Part shown: piece after piece, positions 49,761 to 61,872 of the stretch
Numbering within the stretch: the first letter of the stretch is position 1
Layout: each line of letters begins with the position of its first letter
NCBI GenBank assembly: GCA_963765575.1
Contig: CAVXWZ010000001.1
Coordinates: 192,001 to 256,000, forward strand
Reading direction: 5' to 3'
Source of the DNA: an uncultured cyanobacterium
GTDB lineage: Bacteria > Cyanobacteriota > Cyanobacteriia > PCC-6307 > Cyanobiaceae
DNA length: 64,000 nucleotides
Notes under the pieces: model-generated
Seen by the model: only the letters and a program-made list of their open reading frames with translations
Told to the model about the DNA's origin: nothing
Databases searched by the model: none
Program-made: the position numbers and the translations under genes

Positions 49761-52700
49761 CAGTATTCAGGCTGGGCCACGAGGATGGGGAACAGGCGCT
49801 CCACTTCTGCGGGGTCTTGCAGCACACCGAAGAGAGCCGCCTTGATCAGCTGCTCTTTGGCCTGGACACCACGCCAGCCATCGGGCCTGACCTGGCGAAC
49901 GGTGCTGTCGATGCGGAGCGCCAGCTCCAGATTGCCATTCAGGTTGTTCCAGAGTGCTCGTTTCCCAGGCGTATCCAGTTCGGTTGGCGTGTTGTCGTCT
50001 TGTCTGCTGGTTGAGCTGGCGAGCCAAATCGGCAACACGACGAAGGTACTCCTCGTAGGCCTCAGCCTGTTGTTTGCGGAAGTGGATGATTTCAGCAAGA
50101 ACCTGCGACATACGGTCGTAGAAGGCCGGATCATTGGCCCGCTCGCTGATGATCGTGCGGCGGATGTTGTTTTCGATTGTTTCGGCCACAGCCTTGCGGT
50201 TGCGAGGCCCCCTTGCCAAACTGCTGTCTGAATGGCTTCTGCAACGCCGGTCTTGATGATCAGCTCCAGCAGGCCGATGTCGTCAAAAGCTGAGATCTTT
50301 CTCGGCAGATCAGCCTCTATGTAGGAGTCAATCAGATAGCGCATGTCGGCCTCGTAGGCCTTGAGATCGAGGTTTTCGCCCGCCGCAAGGCGAATCACCT
50401 GCCTCCACTCCAGTGCCTTGTCCCGCTGTCGGGTGATCCGGTTGGCTTCTGAGGCGGAGTATCCCGCCTCTGAAAGCTCATTGGCCAAGGCTGCATAGGC
50501 CCGGGTGAGCTCGGCCACGGCCTTGTAGTAAGCCATCCGCAGGGGTTCACGCTCCTGCAGATCGTCCGGACACTCCGTGTTGCCGCAGAAGTGATGCAGA
50601 ACAGCCAGCTCATCCATCGGAGGCGGCACGGGCTCGGCGAGCAATGCCTCCTGCTCCAGGGCTTCCTCCAGCCGCTGCTTCGCCTTGGTGAGCCGGTCCT
50701 GGAGAAGCACATCGGGATCAGCCCCGCCTGCTGAGCGGTCCAGCTCATCGGTGGAGTACACGGCAATGGCGTTCTCGACTTTCTTGAACAGGTCTTTGTA
50801 ATCAACGATGCAGCCATAGGGCTTGTCGTCGCCATCGAGGCGATTGGTGCGGCAGATGGCCTGGAAGAGGCCGTGATCCTGCATCGACTTGTCGATGTAG
50901 AGCACACTGCAGGAGGGGGCATCGAAGCCGGTGAGGAGCTTGTCGACCACGATCAGCAGCTTCATCTGAGCCGGCTGATGTGATGAAGCATTGCTTGGCC
51001 TGCTCCTCATAGGCCTCGGTGCGGGTCATTCCCGGCTGGGCGGCAATGCCATCGAGAAGGGTGGTGTAGGTGTTGTAGATGAACTGCTTATCGGTTTCGG
51101 TGTTGGCACCCACTTCTTCCCTGGTCACGTCTGCTGCCTTGGGGTCATAGGAGGTGATCACGGCACATTTGCCCTTGAGTTCGCTCTGGTTGAACAGCTC
51201 GAAGTAGCGGCAGGCCTCGTAGATACTGGAGGCCACCAGGATGGCATTACCGCGCTGACTGGCCAAGCGGGGTTGCACGGAAAAGTCGAAGAGCACATCG
51301 GCCACGATCCGGTTCATCCGTGCCTTGGAGCTCAGCACGTTCTGCAGCGTTCCCCACTGACGCTTGAGCTCGCGTTGTTGCCAGGGATTGAGGCCGCCGT
51401 CTTGGCATCAAACCACTGGTCCACCTTCGTCCTGGGAGCTGAGGCGTTGATCGATGTCACGGGCTTCGTAGACCAGATCGAGCACCACCTGGTCTGCCAC
51501 GCCTTCGCTGAACTTGTAGGTATGGATGTAGCCGCCGAAGACCTCCAGGCTGGTGGCTTTGTCCTTCTTGAGGAGGGGAGTGCCGGTGAAGCCAATGAAG
51601 ACGGCATCGGGCAGCAGCGCCTTCATGACCCGGTGCAGCTTGCCGCTCTGGGTGCGGTGGCACTCGTCGACAAAGATGAACAGCTCACCGACGGCCGGGC
51701 TGGGTTGCGCCTGGAGCTGCTCGAGGAAGGCCTCGAAGTCGTCGACGCCGCGCACACCGAACTTGTGGACCAGGGAGCAGAGCAGCCGGGGTGTGGGCTG
51801 GCCCAGGGCCTGCATCAGATCCCGGCCGCTGCTGCTGCGCTGGATGGTTTCGCCCGCACCACCGAATACACCTTCGATCTGCTTGTCGAGCTCATCGCGG
51901 TCGGTGATGACGCACGACCCGGGCATTGGGGTTGTTGGCAAGGATCCAGCGGGCCAGCAGCACCATCACGATGCTCTTGCCGCTGCCCTGGGTGTGCCAG
52001 ATGATGCCGCCACGGCGCTCATGCACATGCTGCTGAGCGGCCTTGATGCCGAAGTATTGATGCACCCGGGGCAGCTTCTTGATGCCGGCATCGAAGAGAA
52101 CGAAGTCACGCAGCAGCTCGATCAGCCGTTCCTTGCGGCAGATCTTGATCAGGTACTTGTCGAGCTTGGGGCGGCTGTTGTCGGCTTCGTCTTCCTTCCA
52201 GGTGAGGAAGTATTTCTCCGGTGTGAGGATGGCGCCATAGCGCAGGCCCTCGGAGTCATTGCCGGCAAACACCAACTGGTTGGTGGCAAAGAACCAGGCG
52301 TTGAACTCGGGTTGCTGGTTGGAGAGGTTCTGGCGGATGCCATCACCGATGCTCACCCGGCTGCGCTTGAGCTCGATCACGCCGACGGCAATGCCGTTCA
52401 CGTAGAGCACCAGGTCAGGGCGGCGCTCCTTGGGGCCCTTCAGGGTGACCTCTTCGGCAATGGCGAAATCGTTGGCGTCGGGTGTGTGCCAGTCGATCAG
52501 GGCCACGGTGCTGGTGGGTTGATCAGCGGCAGCCTTCACCTGCACCCCATAGCGCAGCAGGGAGTAGACCCTGCGGTTGGCCTCATACAGCCCCACCTGG
52601 CTGATGTCGGCAGCCATCCGGAGCTGATAGAGGGCTCCGCTGATCTCCGAGGGGCTGTAGCCGCGACGCTGGAGGTAGCCGCTGAGGATCTCCTCCTCGA

Positions 52701-52809
52701 TGTTGCTGTTGCCAGCGCGGTCTTTCCAATCGCCCAGGTAGCGATAGTTCAGTTCCTCATGGAACAGCTTGACGATGCGGTTCTGGGTGACCCGTTCCGG
52801 CGTGCTCAT
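49760..52809 (-). CDS. hsdR: type I restriction subunit R, several frameshifts
   Basis: RPDLVLYVNG..IELK, HTQGSGKS, DECH, GFTGTP, LLTGFDAP, QAICRTNR across successive frames. Confidence 0.93.
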
Positions 52810-52976
52810 GCAGCAGCTGGGGGCTGCGGGGCATCAGGCCCCTGCAGCTGGGCCTTGCCGTCCTGCCAGGTCACCACGTACTGGCCAAGACGGCGCTTGC
52901 GCTCCAGCTCGGCGGCCACGGCCTGCTGGAGCGCCACGAGGATCTGCTGATCACTGGGGGAGAGGGCGGGAGTCAT
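52806..52976 (-). CDS. 56-aa protein coupled to the zeta-toxin-like gene and hsdR
   Basis: MTPALSPSDQQILVALQQAVAAELERKRRLGQYVVTWQDGKAQLQGPDAPQPPAAA; ATGA overlaps at both ends. Confidence 0.75.
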   Translation of the reverse strand: MTPALSPSDQQILVALQQAVAAELERKRRLGQYVVTWQDGKAQLQGPDAPQPPAAA

Positions 52977-53305
52977 CGGGCGAGCTCCAGGAGCTGGGCA
53001 TAGAGCGAGGGATCGAGAATGACGCGCTCGGCTCCGCTCTGGGAGAAGATCGGCGCCGGGTTGGGTCCGCCGTTCATGTTGCAGAGCACGTGGTTCACCG
53101 CTGGGGCGTAGGCGTTGAGCAGTAGCTGGAGGCTACGGGGAAAGCGGCGCCGCAGCACGGTTTCCGGCACGTTGTGCCCACCGTGGGCCACCCGCTCGGC
53201 CACGCGCAGGATCGAAAGCTCCAGGGAGGGGAGGGCGAGATAGATCAGCTCCACCCGCCAGCCGCAGGAGCGCAGGCGGTGGATGAGCGGCGGACAGGTA
53301 GCCGG
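52973..53305 (-). pseudogene. C-terminal half of a zeta-toxin-like P-loop kinase
   Basis: GWRVELIYLAL...RVAERVAHGGHNVPE...RRF; no Walker A and no own start. Confidence 0.8.
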
Positions 53306-54420
53306 TGCCGGTGCCGAGGCGTTCGATGTACTGGGTGAGGTAGAGGGGTTCGGCAAGCAGGGGATTGGCGGGGATGGAGCCATGGGGCTCGGCGTAGCTG
53401 GGCGAGGCTGAGGGAGGGTGGCAGGTTGCCGGGGTTCCACACCTCCACGCGATCGGCGAACACCATCACCTGCACGGAGCCGTTGCTGGTGTAATCGCGG
53501 TGGGCGACGGCGTTCACGATCGCCTCGCGGATCACTTCAGGCGGGATCTCGTAGGCGGCGGGGGCCTGGGTGGAGGCGGCGCGGGTGCCGACGGCAAAGC
53601 TGAGGCGGGCGAGCACGAAATCCACCGCCTGATCCACCAGCTCGAACACGGTGCCCTTGAACACCTGATAGGAGGGGATCGGCTTGGCCACGGCCGTGCC
53701 GTGGAAGTGGGCGGCCTTTACCTCGCTGCTGAGCAGGAAGCGCTGGGGCTGACGCCCGAAAAGGAGCACGGCGGCATTCACGGGCTGGCCGTTGTCGATC
53801 AGGTTGAGGTGGCTGAGCAGCTCGCCGGGAGAGGCGTTGGGCGGCAGGGGGAAGCCGCGCACCTGGCGGGCCCGGTCGATGAACCAGGCCATGCGCACGG
53901 CATCGAGATCCGCGAGGGAGGCCTGGGGGCAGGGGGAGGCGTCGAAGGGGCCGCTGCGGATCAGCTGGCGATCCTCGAGCCATTGCACCAGGGCGGCATA
54001 GAGGCCGGCGATCAACTCGGCGGTGGTGGCGAAGCGGCGCCGCACCAGGGAGGCCTCGGCCTGGCGGATCAGGGCGAGCATGCGCGGATCGCGGCTGGTG
54101 TCGTCGGCGGCCTTGAGAAAGATCAGGCGGGTCTTGCCGCGGTCGCCGGCCCGCTGGAATTCCCGCTCAGTTGGGGAGAGGCCTTCGGCATCGACGCTGC
54201 CGTACTCACTGCCGAAGAGGCCCACGTAGATCTCGCACCGGGCCACCAGATGCAGGTAGAGATCATCGGCGCGGCGGTCGCTGGCGGGGAGGTCCTCGAA
54301 AAGCACCGGCTCGAAGAAGCGCCGCAGCAAGGGATCTCCCTGGAGGAAGTCACGCAGGGCCAGCCGTTCGGTCGCGAACTCCTTCTGCACGCTGCTGAGA
54401 AAGATCGCGTGGAGGGTCAT
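53300..54420 (-). pseudogene. DUF4062 + HATPase_c_4 (RecG C-terminal-like) protein, 3'-truncated
   Basis: IFLSSVQKEF..ER, REAIVNAVAHRDY, DRVEVWNPG, then (after an extra base near 53391) SIPANPLLA..YIERLGTGT. Confidence 0.8.
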
Positions 54421-56387
54421 GGAGCCAATGGCTCAAGGCTGAGGATCTCCCGCTCCACATAGGCCCGGAAGGCGGACGGCGAGGTGAAACAGCGGAACCC
54501 GGCGGCGCTGGCCAGGGCCAGGGTGGCGGGCTCTTCGTTGAGCAGCACGGCCACGGGCTGGCTGAGCTCCTCCTGGATGCCGGCGGGCCAGGCCAGGTCG
54601 AACACGGCGCGCTGCTCGCCGGTGGCCGGATCGGCGAAGTCGTAGGCGAGGGTGCCAAGGGGGAGGGACTGATCACCCATCCAGGCATTGAGACGGATCA
54701 GCTCGGCTTCTTCCTCCTCGCTGGTGATGCCGCCCACGGTTTCAGTGGCTGGATGAGGCACAGCGGCCGCGGGGCCGGACAGCCAGCGGGTGTCGCCATG
54801 GAGCAGCTCCTCCAGCCGGGCGTTCACTTCGGCTGCCAGCAGGGCCTTACGGGCCTCCAGGAAAGAGCGGAAGTTCTCGAGCTTCCAGAGCTCGGGATCC
54901 GGCGGGATCCACTGGGAGGCAAGGGCGCCGGGATGGGCAGCCTCGATCTCGGGGAAGTACGCCTCCGGCAGGCGATCGAGGATCTTGATGTTGGTGTCTT
55001 TGGTGAGGAAGCAGAAGTTGGCCAGGGCGTTGACCTCCGGTCTGCGGTACCCGGCCTTGTAGAGCTGGGCCTTCGGGAAGATGTGATGCACCTCCAGGCG
55101 GCTCATCTTGCCGAGCATGCCGGCCTTGAGCGGCAGTCCGGTGCCCCAGTCGCGGGCCTCGCCCATGCGGGTGAGCAGATAGAGCACGGGGTAGAAGCGG
55201 GCGCCGAGGCTCCAGCCGGTGAAGTGCCCGGGTTCAACCCGCAGCCCGCCATGCCAGAGGCGCAGCTGCTCCAGCAGGCGCTCCAGCCCGGCGCCTTCGC
55301 CTTCGAGGGCAGCGAGATCCTGATCGATGAAGGATTCGGTGGAGCCTGAGAAGCGACCCCACATGCCGGCCTGCACGAACCAGAACAGCAGCCGGTCGCG
55401 CTCCACCTCATCCATGGGGCCGCTGCGCTGATCGAGGTAGCGAACCATCACGGGGATGCCGAACCGCCCGAAGAACACCTGGTCGTGATCGAGGCCGAGA
55501 CGGCCGGCGATCAGGTTGAGGCAGGTGTCGATGTGCCTGGTGGCGCGCTTGAGGGCGTCCTGGATTTCGGGGGTGCTCTTGTCGTGCAGATAGAGGAACT
55601 TGGCCTCGCCGGTGAGCACCGTGTTCACCGAGCGCAGCAGCCAGTCGAGGTTGAAGCTGTAGCCGTGATCGCTCCACTCCTTGAGCTTGGCCTTCATCGC
55701 ATCACGGCCCTCCGGCCAGTCGGCGCAGATCTTGGCGAGGGCCAGGTCGCCCTTGGAGAGCTTGGTGCCGCCACTGTTGACGCGGTTGAAGATGTCCACC
55801 ACCACGTCGAGGGTCTTGTCGGCGCCGGTGACTTCTTCGATGTGGAGGTCAATCTCTCTGATGCCGAGGAGACTGGCTGAGATACGGCTGATGAATACTC
55901 TGACCTGGCGGCCAGCTGCCAATGCGCTCTATCCGCAACTCAAGGCTTCGATCAGCTGCTCGATGGCCGGCCTGCCCATGACTCAGCAGGTTGTCACATC
56001 GATCCAGAGGGGATCGTCCTTCATCTTCACCGGCTGGTAGAAGGCAAAAACCTCCTCTCCGAGATGGAAGCGGAGGCCGGTGAAGGCCTGGGCATTGCCA
56101 TCGAAGAACTTGGGAGGCTTGCCGCGCACCACGCCATAGAGGGAGGTCATGCGCTGCTGGCCATCGAGCAGCAGCTTCACCACACCAGCCGCCAGCGGGC
56201 CATCACCGCGATGGGTGGCGGTATGCGACTCTGTGGCCCAGACCAGCAGGCCGCCAACGGGATGGCGTTTGTAGAGCGAATCGAACAGCCCGCGCACCTG
56301 ATCGCGATTCCAGACGTAGCCCCGCTGGAACTCGGGCAGGGCCATGTGGCCGCTGTCGATGTGGTCGAGGATGGTGGAGATCTTCAT
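54417..56387 (-). CDS. DUF262 + HNH (GmrSD-like) endonuclease, frameshifted near 55900-55990
   Basis: PEFQRGYVW, DGQQR, FNRVNSGG, HHIFP...NALANF...N. Confidence 0.87.
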
Positions 56388-57619
56388 GTCAGGCGGATCT
56401 TGCCGGTGAGGAGCTGTTGCATCATTCCTTGCTTGAGTGCACGATCTTTCTCGAGCCTTGAGCTTCAATGCGTCCAGCTCGGCATCCATTTCGGTAAGGA
56501 CTGCTGGCGATGGCATTTTGCTCGGTCGATTGATGGAACTGAATCTCAATCCGCTGAACGTCTTCTGTGATTGAAAGTGTTGACTAGTATCCTGCTGGCC
56601 GCATAGCTTGACAATGGCCTGCTGATGCGTCTAGCCAGTGAAATAAAGGTAAATTCGATCGACTAGGATCGCTGCTGGACGTATTCCAGTATTGCCTAGC
56701 TGTGCTGATTCACGTACTGCCAGGCTGCACTTTGCCAACGAGGCGACGATGCCGACATGATAGCTCGCCGGCGAAATCGTCTGCGGCGCAGCTCGTTAGC
56801 CGCTAAATCGACAGTCTTCGGCTGTAGTCGTCGGAAGATAAATTCGTCGCTTCGTCATGTCCGATTAGAAACCCATGGGATATCCCCTGCGAAATGTCGT
56901 CTGTCGCTAGTTGGCTTGGAGTGCCTCCGATTTAGCATTTTCTGCGACATCTCCCCAACCTCTTCACCTCCCACTCCCCCTCAAACCCCGGCAGCCGCCG
57001 CTTGCCGGTGAGCAGCTCCTGCATGGCGGCCTGCTTGATGTTCCGCTTCTTTGTGATCAGATTGATCAAGGTCGCTCGAGCAGCGAATCCACATCGCTTA
57101 GCGCCATCAGCTATTGAGCTCTGTTCCTTCGTGATTGGGGTGCGACGTATTGCGGCATCTTCGAAAAACTCTGTATTCACAAGTGAGTCTGGCTTACTGC
57201 CATCGTCAATGCTCACGAGAATGCGGTTTCAGGTTGCAGGATGCTAGAACAGATATTTCGGAGTTAGCTGCGATATCGTAATGCGCATACCCGTGTGGTT
57301 GACCGCGTAGCTATTCTCCGCTTCCACGAACTAGGCCTTGAGCTAACGGCGTTCGACCACTGGGAAGTCGCTCATCACCGTCAGAACAGTCACCTTCGCG
57401 TGCAGGCCTGAAGTCGCATCTGTGAATCACTGGCGGCACACTTCCCGCCAGTTGCAATGATACTTGGAGTTCACGCATCATATGCTTCCGTATCAGCAGA
57501 TGAATTGCTCGTGTGCTCTTCCACTAGCGACAAACGCAAGCTCTGCGAGGAGCTTCAACATCCCAATCCTCCGGGATCACCCCCACCTCCGTCTGCTTGT
57601 AGCCCGGCTTCAGTTCCAT
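56384..57619 (-). CDS. hsdS: type I specificity subunit with heavily indel-corrupted TRDs
   Basis: GYKQTEVGVIPEDW, central KQAAMQELLTGKRRLPGFEGEW, C-terminal KQGMMQQLLTGKIRL. Confidence 0.88.
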
Positions 57620-60019
57620 GCGAACCCCATCCGCTCCAGGTGCCCGGCCACCCGCGCCTCTAGTTCCTCCACTCGTGCGCTGATCGCCGGTAGGGCCTCG
57701 CCGTAGCGCTCGCCCAGCTGTTTGAGGCGGCTGGTGAGGGCCTGGCTCACCCGTTCCACTTCGGCGGCCACCGCCTGCTCCAGGCTGGCCAGCCATTTGC
57801 CCTGCACCACCAGCTCGCGCACCTCGGCTTCCGTGAGGCTGTCGTAGCGGCCGTAGGCCTGGTCGTCGAGCTCGGCTTCGGCGGCCTTGAGGGCCTTCTT
57901 GGTGGCGGCCTCCTCGTCGCTCAGCTCCAGCCATTCCCGCAGCACGGCCAACTCCTCAGCGGCTTCGGGATCCTTCCTGATCTCCTTGATGCGGGCGTTC
58001 ACGGCGGCCTTGTTGACCTTGTCCAGCTCGCTGAAGGCGCCCTCCTCGCCGCCGTGCTCCTCCTCCAGCTCCGCCAGGCGGCTGCTGGCCTCCTCCAGCT
58101 GGGCGCGCAGGGCCTCGATCATCTCCAGATCACCGGCAAACAGCTGCCGCACCAGCAGCTCCTTGGGCACCAGGTCGCAGGCCCAGCCCTTGTCTTTGGT
58201 CTTGCCCTTCTTGTCGGTCTCCAGCACCCGGTAGGGCTCGGCGCGCCAGCCCTCGGCGCTGATCGCATACACGTCGTCCTGCATCGTCTCGGCCCACTGG
58301 TCGAGCAGCAGCTGGTACACGGCGTAGGCATCGATCAGGGGCTGGCCCTGGTAGTGGGCCAGCAGGCCCTCGCTCAGCTCGCGGATCACCGCCTTGGGGT
58401 GGCAGCCCGGCTCCAGGGCCAGCAGCTGGGCTGCCGCCTGCTGCCGCCAGGCCGCAAAGTGCTCGGCCATCCCCGCCAGGAAGCCGGCGAACTGGGGATG
58501 GGCGGTGATCGTGGCCTTCAGCTCCGCCGGCGGCACCGCCAGCTCCAGATAGCCGGGCCGCAGCGGCCGGAACAGGGCCTCGCGCAGCTGCGGGCACACC
58601 TGCCAGTAGGCCTCCAGGGCGTCGATGTCGCGCTCGGGGATGCCGCCGCGCAGGTGGGCCTCGATGTCCTGCAGGTCTTCCGCTTCGCTGAACTGTCGAT
58701 GTAGCGGGGCAGGTTGAGGTTGTAGTCGTGCCCGGCGATCTCCTCGTTGCGCACGAAGCGCGAATAGCCGGGCACCTCCAACTGGCGGGTGAACACATCC
58801 ACGATCTTGTGGATGTCGCGCTCGCGCAGGCGGTTCTTGGGGCCGTCCTTGATGAAGCCCTTGCTGGCATCCACCAGGAAGATGCCCTCGCGGCTGCCGG
58901 CGTCGCGCTTGTCGATCACCACGATGCAGGCGGGGATGCCGGTGCCATAGAAGAGGTTGGCCGGCAGGCCGATGATGCCCTTGATCAGCCCCCGCTGGAT
59001 CAGGTTCTTGCGGATCTCGGCTTCGGCGTTGCCGCGGAACAGCACGCCGTGGGGAAGGATGCAGCTGCCCCGGCCCGTGCTCTTGAGCGTGCGCACGATG
59101 TGCAGCAGGTAGGCATAGTCGCCCTGCTTGCTGGGCGGCATGCCAAAGCCCTCGAAGCTGCCGTAGTACTTCGTCGGCATCGAGGCCTGTGCTCCAGCGT
59201 TTGTCGGAGAAGGGCGGATTGGCGACCACGAAGTCGAACTGTTTGAGCTGATCGCCCTCCGTCAGCTTCGGGTCTGCAATGGTGTTCCCCTGCCAGATCG
59301 TGGCGGTGGGGTTGCCGTGCAGGATCATGTTCATCCGCGCCAGGCCGCTGGTGGCCGCATCCTTCTCCTGGCCGTAGAGCGTTACCGGCGTGCGCGCCTG
59401 GGCGGCCACTTTCAGCAGCAGCGAGCCAGATCCGCAGGTGGGGTCGCAGACCGTGGTGTCGGCGGAGGTGGCTTCCTTGTCGATCTCCAGCACCTGGGCC
59501 TTGATGCGGCTCACCTCAGCTGGCGTGTAGAACTGCCCTTTGCTCTTGCCGCTTTCGCTGGCGAAGTGGCGCATCAGGTATTCGTAGGCATCGCCGAGGA
59601 TGTCGTCGTCGTCAGCCCGGTTGCGTGAGAAGTTGAGCTCCGGCTTCTCGAAGATGGCGATCAGGTTGGTGAGCCGCTCCACCAGCTCCTTGCCGCTGCC
59701 GAGCTTGGCCTGGTCGTTGAAGTCGGGAAAGTCGCTCTGGCTGAGCTGCTGGTTGGCCGCCACCAGCGGGGCGATGATCTTCTTGTTGATGTCATCGCCG
59801 ATCTCCGCCTTGCCCTTGAGGGCCACCATGTCGGCAAAGCCGGCATCCCTCGGGGATCACCAGCGGCGCATAGGGCTGGCCGGCGTACTTGTCGCTGATG
59901 TACTTGAGGAACAGCAGCACCAGCACATAGTCCTTGTACTGGCTGGCATCCATGCCGCCGCGCAGTTCATCGCAGCTGGCCCAGAGGCTCGAATACAGCT
60001 CGGATTTACGGATCGCCAT
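57610..60019 (-). CDS. hsdM: type I methyltransferase subunit, frameshifted
   Basis: LWASCDELRGGMDAS, GQFYTP, DPTCGSG, NPPF, LPHGVLFRG. Confidence 0.93.
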
Positions 60020-60022
60020 GGT

Positions 60023-61872
60023 TCAGGCGGCCTCCCCTTGGGCGCTGGCCAGCAGGGCTGGGGGGATGTCCTCCAGCCAGCCCTGCTGTGACAGCTGCTC
60101 CAGCCGGCGGCTCAGTTCTTGGACCTCCAGGCTCAGGGCCACGCTCTCCTGCTCCAGGGCCTCGGCCCGATGGAGCTCGCTGGGGTGGGGGATCACGACG
60201 GGCAGGCTCTTCACTTCGCCCATGGGCAGAAAGGCCACTGCTGTTCCCTGACCTGCCTTATTCAACAGGGTCTGTCCCACGGCACTGCGGAGATACTGCA
60301 CCAGGGCGGCTGGGGTGAGCGGGGCATTGGGCCGCAGGCGGACCACGCAGAATGCCTGGCCGGGCACTGTGGGGTGCTGGAGGTCCTGAACCACGGCCAC
60401 CTTGCCGAGGCCGCCCTTGATCGACAAGAGCACATCTCCCGGCTCCAGCAGCTGCTGTCGTCCCTTGGCCAAGGCAGCCTCCGGCAGCCGGATCCGCTTG
60501 GAGCCTTGGCGGAGCTGGCCGGAGTCGTCAATGTCGCCCGGGAGTGACCTCCCGAACCTCGATGCCGTCGTCCTCCTGGCGGCCAAGGGAGGCCACAGGC
60601 CTTTTGATCTCGGCCAGATCACCCAGGTGCATCGTTGTCCGTGATTCCAGATAGCGCTGCAACATCCGGTCTTCTTCTGTGAGGAAGTAGCGGCTCACCT
60701 GGAAACTGAAGCCGTTTGCCTCCAGTTCCTCGGCCGGGATCAGACGGGCACATGAGCCTTCACCTCTCAGTTGAGGAGTTGGGCGAGTTCCTTGCACCCG
60801 GTTGGATTCCAGCTCTGCTTTGTATTTCTAGCCTTCGTCGGGGTTAGCAGATCGTGGGCCGAAATCATCTGAATGGGAGCGCCAACAGCGCGATCCTGCT
60901 TGAGGACCAACAGCAATCCCTCGAGGTTGGTTCCTGCATGGGCCCCAGAAGGCAGGGAAATCACGGCATCCAGCCAATTCTTCTTCAATAACTCCTCGCG
61001 GAAGTACTCCAGATCTTTGGAAGTCCGAAAGCCAATTCCTGGAGACATCAGGGCATAGGTGGTGCCACTGCAGCGCTGATGGGCGGCAAAAACCCTTCGC
61101 GCTTCGCTGTCTCTGATTGCCGAGGGGCAGTCGAGCGGTGATGGCGGCAGCCAAGGGTCGTCGATCAGCAGTTCACGCGTTCGCGCTCCCCAGGGTGGGG
61201 CGGCGATGGCAACAGGCCATTGGTCCTGATCCGCGATGGACTGCAGTTTCACCTCTTGCGGATAGAGGCTGAGCAATCCCAGAACCCAATGAGCCTGCGA
61301 CGGATTTGCTGAACTCAACAGCAGACCATGGTCCATCCCCAGGAAAGGGGCTGCTGCCACTCCCATGGGGAAGAGGCAGGCCACTGGAGCCCAGGATGAA
61401 TGGCCAGCAGGGCTTCCCAGAAGCCGCCCATGGAAGCAGAGCATTCCAGCTCCCCACCATGCCGATCGCTGGCTTTCAGCTCCGAGATCGCTTCGATCAC
61501 GGCCTTGCACTGCAAGCGGTCACCACTGTTCAACGCTCTCCCGACTGGCAACAGGGTGCTCCTGAGTCGCTCAAGAGATTCAGGCCCGAGTCGATCCGTC
61601 GCTGCTCCTGGAGGCCAAGACATTGCGGAACGTTCAGCGATGGTCTTATGGATGGAGTTCCATTCATTTGCGTTAGCCAAGCTGCGCATGGAATCGAAGT
61701 AACCGACTAGATCCCCATCGGAAGCTGGAACCCAGCGGGCCCAGAGCAGCACATCCAGCACGGCCTCCAGGGCCTGATCTGCAGGAAGGGCGCCTCGGAG
61801 CTCATCGCAGGCCTCCCAGATCGGCTTCTCAACGCTGGCCCGGCTGATTGCATTCGACGTCATGGTGGCCAT
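60023..61872 (-). CDS. degenerate HsdM-like methyltransferase fused to one HsdS-like TRD (about 3 frameshifts)
   Basis: IWEACDELRG, APPW at motif IV, FREELL..LDAVISLP, EELEANGFSFQVSRY, LGDLAEI, LEPGDVLLSIKG.LGKVAVV. Confidence 0.8.

Noticed and set aside
49760..60019. Programmed frameshifting or phase variation in hsdR/hsdM
   Set aside because: Shifts are numerous, not at consistent slippery or SSR sites, and partly compensating; errors are more parsimonious
60023..61872. Second active MTase of an m4C/m6A two-HsdM type I system
   Set aside because: Lacks NPPY/F and a glycine-rich SAM motif and carries a fused TRD; kept as a pseudo-enzyme hypothesis instead
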